Source of the DNA: the human T2T-CHM13v2.0 reference genome, Homo sapiens
Direction: 5' to 3' (one strand)
DNA: 64,000 nt
NCBI RefSeq assembly: GCF_009914755.1
Contig: NC_060947.1
In this document: piece after piece, positions 1 through 14,349 of the stretch
Numbering within the stretch: the first letter of the stretch is position 1
Layout of the letters: every line of letters begins with the position of its first letter
The notes under the pieces: generated by a model
What the model saw: the letters and a program-made list of their open reading frames with translations, nothing else
What the model was told of the DNA's origin: nothing
Database searches by the model: none
Made by a program: the position numbers and the translations under genes

Positions 1-71
1 GCATTTGATTTGAGAATAGAGCGAATTTAGATTGTTAAAAAAAACTTTTCTCTTTGATTTCTTCTAAGGAC

Positions 72-918
72 TGTGGTGCACAGCCCCTAAGGTGACCCTC
101 ATGATTCCCAGTCTCTGATATTTCATGCCCTTTATAATCCCCTCCCTTAGAGTGTGGATAGGACCTGTGACTTGCTCTAGCCATAAAATATGGCAAAGGT
201 GAAGGGACTTTGTGGATGTAATTAAGATCCCAAATCAGTATATACTGAAATAATCATAAGGGAGAGTACCCAAGATGTGTCTGACCTAATCAGATGAATC
301 CCTTTAAAATGAGTCTAGGATGGTCCTCCCTGAGGTGACTTGTAAAAGTATGTGGCCGTGTTGACAAAGCCTATGTGGCAGGAACTAGAACAGGTGTGTC
401 CAATTTTTTGGCTTCCCTGGGCCACATTGGAAGAAGAATTGTCTTGGGCCACACACAAAATACACTAACACTAATGATAGCTGATGAGCTTTTAAAAAAT
501 TGCAAAAAAAAAAAAAAAAAAAAAAAAACTCATAATGTTTTCAGAAAGTTTACAAATTTGTGTTGGGCCCCATTCAAAGCCGTCCCGGGCTCACGCTACC
601 TGTGGGCCGCGGGTTGGACAAACTTGCTCTAGAACCTAAAGGCAGCCTCTGGTTGACAGATAGCAAAACCTCAGGACCCTCAGTCATACGGGTGCAAGGA
701 AATTAATTCTTCCAACAAACTGAAATGGTTTAGAAGCAGATTTTTTCCTGTCAGGCCTCCAGACAAGAATATAGCCCAGTCAACACCTTGATTGACGTCT
801 TGTGAGAATCTGAGAAGAAACCTGTATTTCTGACCCATGAAAACTGTGAGATAATAAATATGTGTGGTATTAAGCTGCTAAATTGGTGATAATTTGTTAC
901 AGAGCGTAGAAACTAATA
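72..918 (+). mobile_element. MLT1-family (ERVL-MaLR) solo LTR, interrupted by MER30
   Basis: Starts TGTGG and ends with the MLT1-type terminus (gtgagataataaat...ttaagctgctaaatt...tttgttacagagcgtagaaactaata). Confidence 0.8.
391..626 (+). mobile_element. MER30 hAT-Charlie MITE
   Basis: Termini caggtgtgtccaa...gttggacaaacttg; internal gggccacattggaagaagaattgtcttgggccacac; imperfect 8-bp TSD aactagaa/ctctagaa. Confidence 0.9.
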
Positions 919-2221
919 TGGGGTTATGCTTTATTTCATTTGTCCTTCTCCAAAGCATTAATGGTGTTGCAGACTAGAAGCAAAGAATAAGACACTTCCA
1001 TATGGACGGGAAGGAAAGAATAGCTTTTTAGTTTACATATTAGGGAATAAAACAATAGAGAAAACAATTCTTCAGTTTGGACAGTAATTTTCTTGTAATT
1101 AACTTTAAACCACCAAGCAAGTTACCTCTGACCAGAGATTTCTTCATGTTTAGCCCATTTCTTTCCCTGAAATGCCCACTCCTACCTGTTCCTGTGCTTC
1201 AACACAATGAAGGAAATTTTTTAAATGCTGCTGTCCTAATGATAACACAGAATTGTCCAAATGTCTTCATATAAATGGTCTAATTTGAGTTCCATAACAA
1301 TTTTGTGAGGCAAGAACAAAACAAATGTGAGATTCTCAAATTCAGGTGGCATAGTTGTAAACTCAGTGGTCATCCATGGTTCTGAAAGCATCAGAGGCCC
1401 TCAGAAAGTGCTTAAATGAAACAGAATTATTTTGTCAGTTGCAAAATATTATGGTTCTAAGAGAATAAATGACTTGCCCCGCAAAGCCTGTACCCAAAAG
1501 TACAAGAATTAAAACTCAGGCCATCCACAACAGAGGCCATTTTTTTTTGTGATAGTATTTTACCTCTAAAAAGGAAACACATTTAGCTATTAACAGCCAT
1601 TAACCTTTCTGCTTAAATTTGCATCTCCCCTTAGCAGAGAACCCTGAAGGAAGAGGTGCCAGGAGAGATGAAAGGAAATATCATGGGAATGGAGTGCTGT
1701 TCAGCCTGCGGAATGTCTGGAATATCTGAGAAGCAGCAGGACAACAGTCGATGCCTCTAGGTAGATGTGCCTTCTGACAAAGCGAAGATGGGTTGGTAAA
1801 CAAAATGTTAACATTTTAAGGAAAATTACCTGTTTATTACTTTTTCTAGCATGGCCTTTGAAAATGCAAAGCAATAATTGTCCTTTTGAAAATGGATTTC
1901 CAAAAGCATTGAAAAATAATTTTGCTTACCAACACTTTATCTTATTCTGATGTAACCTCAAGCAATGCTTCATCATTTAAGTCCCTGTCTCAATGAGAGT
2001 ACTGGATTGCTTTGGAAACTATATTATTCGATGCTGAAGAAAATAACAATCGAAGCTGAATATCAGTAGCATCATCATGCTGTCCTGAATATGAGGCTAT
2101 GTGTGTTCTGTCACCCCAAGCCTCCTTGTTCTTATTCAGTATAAATATATGCTTTTTTAGGTTTTTCCATGCACAAAGGCAGTGGTCATTGAGGAGAAAT
2201 CAAGATTTCTTAAGTCAGGAG

Positions 2222-3265
2222 TGTAATAGTCTTGATGCTTTTTAGCCAAAGACCATAAGGAAACACACCTGGAGTTATTACTTGCTGTAACAGGGAAAAC
2301 TGCCCAACAAGGTGGCATGTCTACAAAAGGCTAGTAGGAGGAGCTTATCATAAGATTAGGGCCTGAGGTGCTTTTGGTAAATTTTCAAAGAAGCAGACAT
2401 TTTACCTGGATTGGGTGCTGTCAGAAATCTGAGGCAATTTGGTGACAGGTACCTTAATAATTTTTATCCAAGAGGCGTGAAAGATGAACTGGGACTGTAA
2501 TGGGTAAAAAAGCAGCAGCCATTCTTATAAGCTGGGAGAGGGATAAGTTTGGACAATTTTTAAAAACTTTTCTTTTAGGTTCAGGTGTACATGTGCATAT
2601 ACATTCAGGTGTACATATATAGGTAAGTTGCATATTGTAGGGGTTTGGTGTACAGATTATTTTGCCACCCAGATGATAAGCATAGTATCTGATAAGGTAG
2701 TTTTTCGATCCTCACCCTCCTCCCTCCCTCCACCCTCAAGTAAGTCCCCATGTCCGCTGTTAGCTTCTTTGTGTCCATATGTGCTCAATGTTTAGCTCCC
2801 ACTTATAGTGAGAACATGCAGTATTTGGTTTTCTGTTCCTATGTTAGTCCACTTAGAATAATTGCTTCCAGCTCCATCCATGTTGCTGCAAAGGACATAA
2901 TATTGTTCTTTTTCATGGCAATGCGGTATTCCAGAAAGAAAAAAGAAGTATTCCATAAGGAAAATATGTACCATATTTTCTTTATCCAGTCTACCGTTGA
3001 TGCGCATTTAAGTTGATTCTATGTCTTTACTACTGTGAATAGCGCTGCAATGAACATACCCGTGCATATTTTTTTGTTTGTTTGCAGAGTTCTTGTTTCT
3101 ATCTGAGCTCCGGCATGATTACAGAGTGGTCATGTTTTTGTCTCACTCCATTGTGGATACAAACTGAACTCAATTGATGTTAGTCTTCTGTGAGTTCATG
3201 TTCATCAAGAGAAGACCATAGCCAGCTACCATATGACACCTGTTAGGGATGCTTTTTTCTTTCTC
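2222..3265 (-). mobile_element. Old ERV LTR (subfamily not assigned), split by an L1 3' end
   Basis: Begins tgtaatagtc, and LTR-like sequence resumes after the L1 piece at ~3075. Confidence 0.45.
2560..3067 (-). mobile_element. L1PA (older) 3' end fragment
   Basis: Antisense L1 3'UTR: gtacagattattttgccaccc...tttagctcccacttatagtgagaacatgcagtatttggttttctgttcc. Confidence 0.9.
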
Positions 3266-3309
3266 AGCAGGCATCTAGGTTGTTAATAGAATGTAACCTC
3301 TTGCCCATT

Positions 3310-4165
3310 CTGAGATTTTGATTCAGGTAGGGCTGACTCTGTCTCCCTCCCTGTGGATGGCCACTTGGCTTAGGTCTGATTGATGAGATTTCTGTATCTC
3401 TCAGTTTACAGGTATTGGTTAAGGGAAGAGTACTTGACCCAAGGTGGGCCAATGACAGCCTACATCCACAGAACTTTTGATGAAGCTACCTGGAAAAAGG
3501 TGTACTGATTTGATTAATGAGGCCATTTAGGCCTAGAGGTTATAAAGGGTTAACATTTTGTTCTACCTCTTCACTAACAGTTGCAAGCTCCTAGCCTAAA
3601 GCAATAGGTCTTCCTGCTAAACACAAAACTAGACTTTCTTAAACTGTCCATTTTCTTCGCTAAATTTGAACAGGAGTATGTACTTTCTCAGAATTGCTTA
3701 TCTGTAGAACATCTACCTCGGAAAATTAACAACTGTCCATTTGTTTTGCCCCATATATCACATAGTTTTTTATTCCCTTTCTCCTAAACACCTGAGTGCT
3801 TATAACACATAAACACTCAGCTAACTGCTAGAAGGCACAGCAATCTCATTTAAGACTGGCTCTCCTACCACCAGGCAATAAAAGCTTTCTTGTTGCTCCA
3901 CTTTGGAAGTCTTTATTTGAGACTCCTTCAGGAAGGTGCTGGTGGTCATTTTTATCTCTGTATGGGAAGAGCTTTCTGCAGAAATAAAGAGGAAAGCCAA
4001 GCCAAAACATGGAGAAAGAAAATATCATGATAAGGGAATTTGATCTTGTGAATATTTCCTCTACTCAAAGCCAAAAGCACCTCTGAAACTCTTAGTTCCA
4101 AGCACTGATAAATTAACCTTTTTGATTAAAGTATTTTGCATTGGGTTTCTGTTACCTCCAACATG
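3310..4165 (+). mobile_element. Degraded ERVL-type LTR fragments (LTR16/LTR33-like)
   Basis: Motifs tgacccaag...gggccaatga near 3435-3455 and the terminal gataaatt...ttgggtttctgttac at 4107-4155; the middle is not clearly LTR. Confidence 0.4.
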
Positions 4166-4204
4166 AACATACGTTTCCATTCTCCCCACACAAACACTTT
4201 CAGG

Positions 4205-4630
4205 TGCATCAAGTATCTCCAATAAAACCAGACTTAGATAAGAGAGACTTTATTTAGAAGGAAATACTATTGCAAAAGGGAGAACACTGTAATCTAGGAA
4301 ATCTGTGTCTCAGAATCAAACCGAAGGTTTTTCTTCTATAGTATAAAGGAGGGGCAAGCAGTGATAAGCACAATCTTTTAAAGGGAAGCTGGACAAACAA
4401 GGGGAAATGATCAATGTGGCTTGCCTGGAAAAGTACCTTGCTATGGTCAGCTGATTCCCAGGATAAGCTGACAACGGGGGCACACTTCATTTTTTAGTGT
4501 TTGCTAAGGCTTTAGGGCAATCAGAGTTCAGGGTCCTGTAGGAAAGAGAGAAGCCTAACTAAAATTTGGTCAAGACAAAGTGGAGGGTAAGAAATGGGCA
4601 ACTGTGGGCACTTACTTGGTCAAGTACAAT
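4205..4630 (-). mobile_element. ERV1-type solo LTR (MER31/MER67-like)
   Basis: Minus strand reads ttgaccaaattttagttaggcttctc...aataaagtctctc, similar to the LTR at 17572-17997. Confidence 0.6.
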
Positions 4631-5438
4631 ATGACCATTTTGGGTTATGAGGATCCACCAGTGTCTCGGTGAAAAATATAATAGTAACTTTTTTTTCTTT
4701 TTAAAGGTTTATTACATTAGGCTGCCAAATAAGAGATTTAATGTTTAATCTCCAATTTCTTAAATTTAACAGATGTACCTGCTCCTATGAAATAACACCT
4801 TGTTTTAGGTGTTATCCTTTCATTTAAGATAGTATAAAATAACTTAAATCCTGACTCTATGAACAATGAGAAACAGAGTCATCAGCAAAAATCTATGAGG
4901 ATTTCCAGGGAGGGAGAAGGAAAGGAGTTTATTGTCCCTGATGCAGTTTACACTGTAGCCTTCTCCTCCACAACTATTTGACTCCCATTGGTAATTTGAG
5001 CTCCAGAGATTCATTCCTGCCATTAAGGGGAAGATAAAATGCCTCTCAACTTTCTCCATGAAATTCTTTCTCTATTACCCCTGTTTCTGCAACCTTAACC
5101 CGTGTATATATGCTGAAGTCGGTGAGCAAGTAGCATTTTAAAACTTGTGTTTCACACTCTTCTTTACAAGCCCTACATAGATGGTTTTCTCATGCTTCAG
5201 AATAGGAGGTTATTTGTTCTTATTTTCTTGTAGCTTCAGACACAAATGAGACTAAAATAGCTCTGTTTAACATTCTGAATGGATTATTCATACAGAAGTC
5301 AAAATAGGTAAATATAAACTGGAAAAATTATAATTAAATTATCATATATGATATTTTTAAAATTCCAGTTATTGAATATGCACAGACTACTGTGATAACG
5401 GGAGAGTAATTGACAAGGTTACAAAGAAAAAAGATTAG

Positions 5439-5772
<334 letters not shown>

Positions 5773-6187
5773 AATATGTCAATCATGGACTTTTAAACAC
5801 ACTTTTTATATTCTTAATTCTCAGATCCACAGCATTCATACTAAGGATGATTTTGTTGAACTGCACATCATAGAGAGTTACTATTGTTGATAACAATGTA
5901 GTTTTTTTTTCCAGATCTACACCCACTGTGAGAATGTTATTAGGGTGTGTTACTGTTCTCACCCACCAATCCAAAGCTATCTTAATAGGTAAATTAATTT
6001 TTGAGAAGATATTTTGTATTTCACTCATAAATGCTAATCAGAATTTCTGAATTGCAACAGAGTAAGAAAACACTTAGTTTCTCCATAATAAATAAAAAGA
6101 AATCTGGCTTAATTTAACTGAAAGATAAGTGTGAATTTTTAAAAAATTTGAAACACCAATTTTTTGTTGTTGTCGATGGCTGAATTC

Positions 6188-6290
6188 TTTTTAAATTTTT
6201 TTTAAATTTTGTATTTCCATAGGTTTTGGGGGGATAGCTGGTATTTGGTTACATGAGTAAGTTTTTTAGTAGTGATTTTTGAGATTTTGA
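6188..6290 (-). mobile_element. Short L1 (L1PB-like) 3' end
   Basis: Poly(T) followed by tttccataggttttgggg...tttggttacatgagtaagtt. Confidence 0.7.
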
Positions 6291-7977
6291 TGAAACACTA
6301 TTATTTAATATCAAATGGTACTAAATAAAAATCAGCAGAAATACATTTAACAAATGTTCAAAATACCCATAGAAGGAGAAATTGTAGTATTAGATATTAA
6401 GAGGCACTACAATGTTTTTGTTTCAATAGGGTATTCCTTAACCATTTTCATGTAGACCAAGGAATATGTTACTATTGTCCAAATGACAGAATTAAAGGCT
6501 CATACTGCCTTTTCACAATTCAGGCTAAAAATTAAGGCAGGTCTTTGCTAATGGATAAATTGTTTATTTTACAGTTTTCCACTAGGAAGAAGAGAAATTG
6601 AGCTTAATTAGTAGACCCTAAACCAAACTTTCCATATTTATCTTATGCATTTCATAACTACTTCATATTTATTTTAATATGTTTCAATTAATTAAAACTA
6701 TAGAGTTATGTATTCACATAAAATTAAGACATGGAGGTAAAATTGTTCTTGTATTTTTGTAGCTATCTTTATTTGTTCTTGTCTTTATGTGGCTGATGAT
6801 GCAGCGAAAATGCCTGCCTCAGTGCATCACCAAGAATTCATTCTGAAGTTTTCATCTCAGTTCAATAATATTATACTTCAACAGACTCAGATGTGAAGCA
6901 CTGTACTAAGTTCTATAGGGAGACATGCTTGCCCTCAAGAATCCAATGATCATTTAAAGCATAGAGTAGATATAGTGAACAGGTATAATCCACGTGTATT
7001 AGCAAGCTTATCAAAATAAACCATAGATGAACTGATATTATTGAGGATTTTATACATGGCCTTTGGACCATAACGATAAAGTCAAGTAAAGATTACACTT
7101 TTGTATCTCTGTTTCTGGCTAAAGGTAGCACACCATAGAAATAATCATGCAAACCAAACAGAAACAAACAAATCTCACCAGCCGTAAGTAGACAAATCTG
7201 GAATAAAAATCTGTCAGTGGGTGGACAAGGATACTTTTTTATTATCTCTGAGTAGCAATTTCCTCCTTTGAAAAATGAAGTTATCCATTGTCTAAAACAG
7301 AATTATGCAGAGATCTGTGCATGACACATATTGTAAGCATTTTATAAATATAGTTCTTATTACAATGCATATAGTAACATATGATGGCAAATATATAAGT
7401 GGTGCTGTCCATGAAGGTAAAAAAACTTTTTCTTGAAAACTAACTGAAGGGAATAAAAAGAAGTTAAAATAAGAGAGTATGTAATCAGCTCTAAACTAAA
7501 GAAGGAAGTCAAAATTTAAATTCCAAGCTTAGACAATATCTTTTAACAATTTTGATTGTATTGACAAAGAAATTCTGGGCTCCACTTCTAAATAGAATGA
7601 TATAGAATAAATAAGCATACAAGAAAGAAAAACATTTACTAATATATCCAAATATAAAAAGTCTATTTTAGGTATGGGGATACCCCCTCATAGAAACTAG
7701 GCAGAATGTCTCCTCATAGAACCTAGTGCAGTGAAAAGATATAATGTGTGAAATGACTTAAAGAAATAGTCTAAGCTTGCATTAGAAGTTCAACCAATCC
7801 ATAACATTTTTTATCCATCTATTTTCAGCTCTTCAGCTCATATCAAAGAAGAAAATTCATAGTGTCCAAGTAGCTAGTGAAGAAAGCCAAACTGAATTTG
7901 ATTATATCATTTTGGTGCAAGGAGAAAGTCCAGAGAGATTTCTCCCATCTAGCATTTAAAAATATCTGTATACATGC

Positions 7978-10331
7978 TGTATTAGTCCATTTTCACACTG
8001 CTATAAAGAATAACTGAGACTGGGTCATTTATAAAGACAAGAGGTTTAATTGACTCACAGTTCTAAATGGCTGGGGAGTCCTCAGGAAATTTACAATCAT
8101 GGTTGATGGTGAAGGGGAAGCAAGCACCTTCTTCACAAGGTAGAAGGAGAGAGAGAGACAACAGGGGAAACTGCCACTTTTAAATCATCAGATCTCCTGA
8201 TAACTCCTTTACTGTCATGAGAACAGCATGGGGAAATCCACCCACATGATCCAATCATCTCCCACTAGGTCCCTCTCTCGACATGCGGGGATTTAATTCA
8301 AGATAAGATTTTGAGTGGGGACAGAGAGCCAAACCATATCGTTCGGCCCTTGGCCCCTCCCAAATCTCATGTCAGTTTCACTTTTCAAAACAAATCATGC
8401 CTTTCCAACAGTCCCCCAAAGTCTTAACTCATTCAAGCATTAACTCTAAAGTCCAGGTTACAAGTCTCATCTGAGATAAGGCAAGTCCCTTCTGATTATG
8501 AGCCTGTAAAATAAAAGACAAGTTAGTTACTTCCAGGATACAATAGGGTGCAGGCATTGGGTAAATGTTCCCATTCCAAAATGGAGAAATTGGCCAAAAC
8601 AAAATGGCTACAGGCCCCATGCAAGTCCAAAACTCGGCAGGGCACTCATTAAATCTTAAAGTTTCAAAATAATCTCCTTTTGACTCCATGTCATCCAGGG
8701 CCGTGGTGATGCAAGGGATGGGCTCCCATGGCCTTGGGCAGCTCTGCTCCTGTGGCTCTGTAGGGTACAGCCCCTGCAGCTGCTTTCAATGGGCTGCCAT
8801 TGAGTGCCTGCAGCTTTTCCAGGCACATAGTGCAAGCTGTTGGTGGATCTGCCTTTCTGGGGTCTGGAAGACAGAGGCCCTCTTCTCACAACTCCACTAG
8901 GCAGTGCCCCAGTGGGGACTCTGCGTGGGGACTCCAACCCCACATTTCCTCTTTGTGATGCCCTAGCAGAGGTTCTCCATGAGGTTTCTGCTCATGCTGC
9001 AGACTTCTGCCTGGATGTCCAGGTGTTTCCATACATCCTCTGAAATCTAGGTGGAGGTTCCCAAACCTCAAATCTTGTCTTCTGCACACCTGCAGGCCCA
9101 AAACCACATGGAAGCTGCCAAGGCTAGGGGCTTGCACCTTCTAAAGCAATAGCCTAAGCTGTACCTTGGCCCCTTTTAGCCAGTGCTGGAGATGGGGGAG
9201 CTGGGATGCAGGGTGCCATGTCCTGGGGCTGCAGAGAGCAGCATGGCCCTGGGCCCAGCCCACAAAACCATGTTTTCCTCCTAGGCCTCCAGACCTGTGA
9301 TGGGAGGGACTGCTGCAAAGATCTCTGACATGCCCTAGAGGCATTTCCCCCATTGTCTTGGTTATTAACATTTGGCTCCTCATTACTTATCTAAATTTCT
9401 GCAGCTGGCTTGAATTTCTCCCCAGAAAATGGGTTTTTCTTTTCTACCCCATGGTCAGGCCACAAATTTTCCAAACCTTTATGCTCTGCTTCCCTTTTAA
9501 ACATAAGTTCCAATTTCAAAACTCCTCTTTGTGAATACATATAAATGAATGCTTTCAGAATAAGCCAGGTCACCTCTTGAATGCTTTGCTGCTTAGAAAT
9601 TTCTTCTGCCATATACCCTAAATCACCTCTCTCAAGTTCAAAGTTCCACAGATCTCTAGAGTGGGGCAACATGCTGCCAGTCTCTTTGCTAAAGCATAGC
9701 AAGAGTGACCTTAACTCCAGTTCTTAATGAGTTCCTCATCTCCATCTGAGACCACCTCAGCCTAGACTTCATTGTCCATATCACTGTCAGCATTTTGGTC
9801 AAAACCAATCAACAAGTCTCTAGGAAGTTCTAAACTTTCCCACATCTTCCTGTCTTCTTCTGAACCCTCCAAACTTTTCCAACCTCTGTCTGTTATTCAG
9901 TTCCAAAGTTGTTTCCACATTTTCAGGTTATTTTTATAGCAGTGCCCCACTCCCAGCACCAGTTATCTGTGTTAGTCCATTTTCACACTGCTATAAAGAA
10001 CTCCTGAGACTGGGTAATTTATAAAGAAAAGAGGCTTAATTAACTCACAGTTCCACATGGCTGAGTAGGCTTCAGGAAACTTACAATCATGATAGAAGCC
10101 AAAGGGGAAGCAAGGCACGTCTTACATGGAGGCAGGAGAGAGAGAGAGTGCACAGGGGAAACTGCCACTTTTAAACCATTAGATCTCTGAGAACTTCCTC
10201 ACTATCACGAGAACAGCATGGGAGAAACTGCCCCCAAGATCCAATCACCTCCCACTAGGTCCCTCCCTCAACACATGGGGATTACAACTTGAAATGAGAT
10301 TTGGGTGGGAACACAGAGCCAAACCATATCA
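7978..10331 (-). mobile_element. Full-length MaLR provirus (THE1D/MSTA-type): LTR 7978-~8341, internal ~8342-9967, LTR 9968-10331
   Basis: Two homologous LTRs (tgtattagtccattttcacactgctataaagaa...aaaccatatc), a THE1-int-like interior and a perfect 5-bp TSD catgc (7973-7977 / 10332-10336). Confidence 0.95.
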
Positions 10332-11476
10332 CATGCAATTTTTTTTTAAATGTTATTCACACACTGATTCAGCAATAATAGAAGAAACAGAACAAACTGA
10401 GAATTATGTAAAATTATAAAAGGAGGAGAAGAGAGGAGGACAAAGTGGAGGAAGAGAGAGAGGAAGAATAGAGAAGGAAGGAAGGAAGGGAGTCTGGCAA
10501 AAGAGAGAGAAGTGGAGCATACCTTAGAAGTATTCTTCTTAAAAAAAAGGTAACAAAAACAATTTAGACAACCCTTCATAGTTTCAAGCAAATTAAAAAG
10601 AAAGCTTCATCTAGGAGAACAAGGTTATGAATTACAAGATGGTATAAAAACAGGATGAAATAAAAAGAAAACTTCTAGAGTTAAGGAATTAAACAGAAGA
10701 TAAAACACACAAAAATCTAAAATGCACACAAACTAGAGAAGTGCAAAAACAATGTTGCAAAGATGTGAATCAGTGGCTTAGAAGTGAGTACTGGTAAAGT
10801 TATGGAGAGAGTAAAGAGCAAGTATAGTGGCTGGTCTGTTAAAAAAAATACCTGGAACAGAAAATAAGTGTTTAAAAAATGTAAGTTTTTCTATAATGAA
10901 AGAAGACCCAATATTGAATCTGAAAGAGCTTACTGTGTACTGAGACAATTCATAAAGAATATCAGTGCTAACATATATCCTAGTGAAATGACCAAAAGTC
11001 CTATAAGCAGTCAGAGAAAAACTGGGCCATTAAGTTGGGGGTAAATGCTAAGACAAACTACTATTTCTCTTCAAGAACAGCAGATGTGAGAAGTAAAAAA
11101 GAACTATACCTACTGAATTTTTAACAAATAGTATTTATTTTTCCGGCTTTTTAAAGTTAATATGTGTACTGTAGAAAACTGAAAATACAAGAAGCAAAGA
11201 ACACAAATGTATCCATAATCAAAGCAGTTTACAGTTTAAAGTAAACTTCTAGTTCTCTGTGTGTTTGTGTGTATATATACACAGATAACATACATTTAGG
11301 TGGTTTACCAATTAAAAACCCCAAGGCCACGACTATTTTAACAACCAAAAATAGAATACACCAACTTAGTGAGGAGAAAAATACAATCCTCCCTTTCTCA
11401 AGCTCAAAAATTGTTTAAACAACAAAGATGACAAGCCTCTGGATTAAAAAATGTTGGCAGAATTATAATTAAAATA

Positions 11477-14120
11477 CAGTTTGAGTGTTCCTAAGCACAA
11501 AATCCAAAATCTGAAATGCTCTCAAATCCAAAACTTTTTGAGTGCCAACATGACACCACAAGTGGAAAATTCCATACTGGACCTCATGTGAGTGTTATAA
11601 GCAAAATGCATACGCACGATATACACTTTCTTTAGCATCTCTAATGGAAAAACATAATTCCTCAGCCCCCCTCGGTTGCAATATATCTTTTCTGGGTATA
11701 TCCAGAGTTCCCTCCTCAAGCACGCCCAAGAAGTTTAATGAAATGGCATGTATGCAGGCCAGACTCAACAACAGCAGTTTCTCCATGATGCCAGGCACAG
11801 GGCTAAAACCTACGTGCACTCTTCACTGTGCATTCTCTGTACTGTGGTGTAAATATATTATTGAAAGTGTCAAAAAGGCCTGCAGACACCCCTGTGGGTA
11901 ACAGTGATAAGAAAAAGAGGAAGCATTTATGTTTATATATGTCACAGAAAGTCAAGCTGTTGGAGAAACTGGACAGCAGTGTGTGAAATGAGTTACAGAA
12001 GAATATGGTGTTGAAATGACCACCTTATATAACCTGAAAAACAGAAAAATAAAATATTGAAGTTCTGTGCTGAGAGTGATGAACAGAAGTTAATTAAAAA
12101 TAGAAAAACACTGCATAAAGCTAATAATGAAGATCCTGATCATGTACTGAAAGAGTGCATCTGTCAGTGTTGCAGTGAACATGAGCCACTTTAACAGTAT
12201 GCCAATTATGAAACAAGCAAAGATCTACAATGAACTGAAAATTGAAGGGAACAGTGAATATTCAACAGGCTTGTTGCAGACATTTAAGATATACACAGCA
12301 TTATATTTTTTAAATGTGGGATGATAAGGCATCTGCCGATCACAAAGCAGCAGAGAAATTCATTGATGAGTTTGCTAAGGTTATAGCTGAAGAAAATACA
12401 ACACCAGAACAAGTCTATAATGCTGATGAAACATTATCGTTGGGGCATTACTGCCCTAGAAAGACACTGGCTACAGCTGATGAGACAGACAGCATAGGAA
12501 TTAAGGATGCCAAGGATAGAGTAACTGTGCTGAGATGTGCTGATGCAGCAGGCACACCTACGTGTAAGCGTGCTGTCGTTGGCAAAAGCTTGCATCCTCG
12601 CTGTTTTCAAGAAATTAATTTCTTACCTATCCATTATCATACTAACAAACAGGCATAGATTACCAGGGAAATATTTTCTGATTGGTTTCATAAACATTTT
12701 CTACCAGCATCTCATGCTCCCTGCCGCAAAGCTGGACTGCGTGTCAATTGCAAGATGTTGTTATTCCTTGACAATTATTCTGCTTATCTTCCAGCTGAAA
12801 TTCTTATGAAAAATTATGTCATGTACTTTCCCACAAATGTGACTTTATTAACTCAGCCATGTGATCAGGGTATCTTTAGATCAATGAAGGGTAAATATAA
12901 AAACACTTTCTTGAACAGCATGCTAGCAGCACTGAACAGAAGTGAGGGTGTGAAAGATTTTTCAAAAGGAATTTAGCATGAAGAATGCCTTATATGCTGT
13001 TGCTAATGCTTTTAATACAGTGACTAAAAACACAGTTGTTTTTATTCTAGCCTGCGACTATGTTCAGTAATGGTGATGAACAAGGTGGTGACTTCAAAGG
13101 ATTCCAAATATCAAATTTTAAAAAGTGATGTCTGACTTCCTTACATATGCAAAAAGTATACCTTCAGAGTCCACAGTCCACCATTAAGGTGGAAGAAGTG
13201 GCTATTGAAGAAGTTTTTAACATCAATAATGTGGCTTCAGTTGTACATTTATTGAATCAAGGTGATCATGATCATGGAAATGATGAAGATGACATTGTCA
13301 AAAATTGCAGAAAAAGTGCCTATAGACAATATGGTGAAATGTCTGATTGTTTTATTGAAGGAATAGAGCAGTGTACATTCATAACAGACCAAGAAATCAT
13401 GTCATTTTATAAAATCAAAGAGAAACCTCTGAGACAAAAAACATTCTTAAAGAGGCAGATGACTCTGGAGGGAATATTTTTAAAAGCCATCCAGCAGAAT
13501 GCCTCCTCATCACTAGAGAACCCACTTCCTGGTCCCTCAACTGCTTCTGATGTTTCTTTGCACCTAAAAAATAAAATACAGCGTACAATATCCTTTTACT
13601 CAAAACACAGCATCACAGGTGGAGACTGAAAGCCTGCTGTTGTTGCTGTTGAACAGTTGATACAGGTATTCTGGTGTCGCTACTGTGCTGTTTAGTTACC
13701 CTGAACAAATTATTTTCCACTGTACCAATGGTATATGATATTTTTTTACTAAGTACTTATGCATGAATAAGTGTAAGCAAATAATTTCTTATCAGGAGCA
13801 CATAAATACAGTCAAAAATAATTGTGATGCCAAACAACGCGATTTTCTACATGAGTGGTTGAGATAGCAACACCTTTACTTTCTGATTGTTCAATGTACA
13901 CTAACTTTGTTCTATGCACAAAATTACCTAAAGTATTGTATAAAATTACTTCAGGCTATATGTATAATATGTATAGAAAACAGAAACAAATTTCATGTTT
14001 AGACTTGGATTCCATCCAGAAGAAATCTTATTTATATGCAAATTTGCCAAAATCTGAACAAAATCCAAAATCTGAAATGCTTTTTGTCCCTAGCACTTCG
14101 GATAAGGGATGCTCAACCTG
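11477..14120 (+). mobile_element. Near full-length Tigger4 (Zombi) pogo-family DNA transposon with decayed transposase
   Basis: TIRs cagtttgagtgttcct / agggatgctcaacctg with TA target duplication. Frameshifted CENP-B-HTH/DDE transposase remnants: EQVYNADET, LLFLDNYSA, FPTNVTLLTQPCDQGI (ORFs 12314-12658, 12755-12976, 13147-13629). Confidence 0.92.
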
Positions 14121-14349
14121 TACTGCATTGTCTTAATGTTGAATTTAAAATGAGACACAAAGCAATGGAGTACAAGGGGTATAATGCTTCTAAAATAATT
14201 CATTATTGGGTCTATAATATTAAAATAATAGGTAAAAGATGTTTCCCTTGAATTTTCTTACAATGTATTCATAAGTCCAAAACTATACTTATGGTCAAAA
14301 GAAATGCATACATATATCCGTGGTTATATGTTATATACTTTTAACATAT

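Noticed and set aside
8429-9702. Cluster of ORFs in 8.4-9.7 kb
   Set aside because: Remnants of the MaLR internal region, not a host gene.
12314-13629. Possible TIGD/JRK-like domesticated transposase gene
   Set aside because: The frame is fragmented by stops and frameshifts, and the TIRs are still present; this is a fossil Tigger4.
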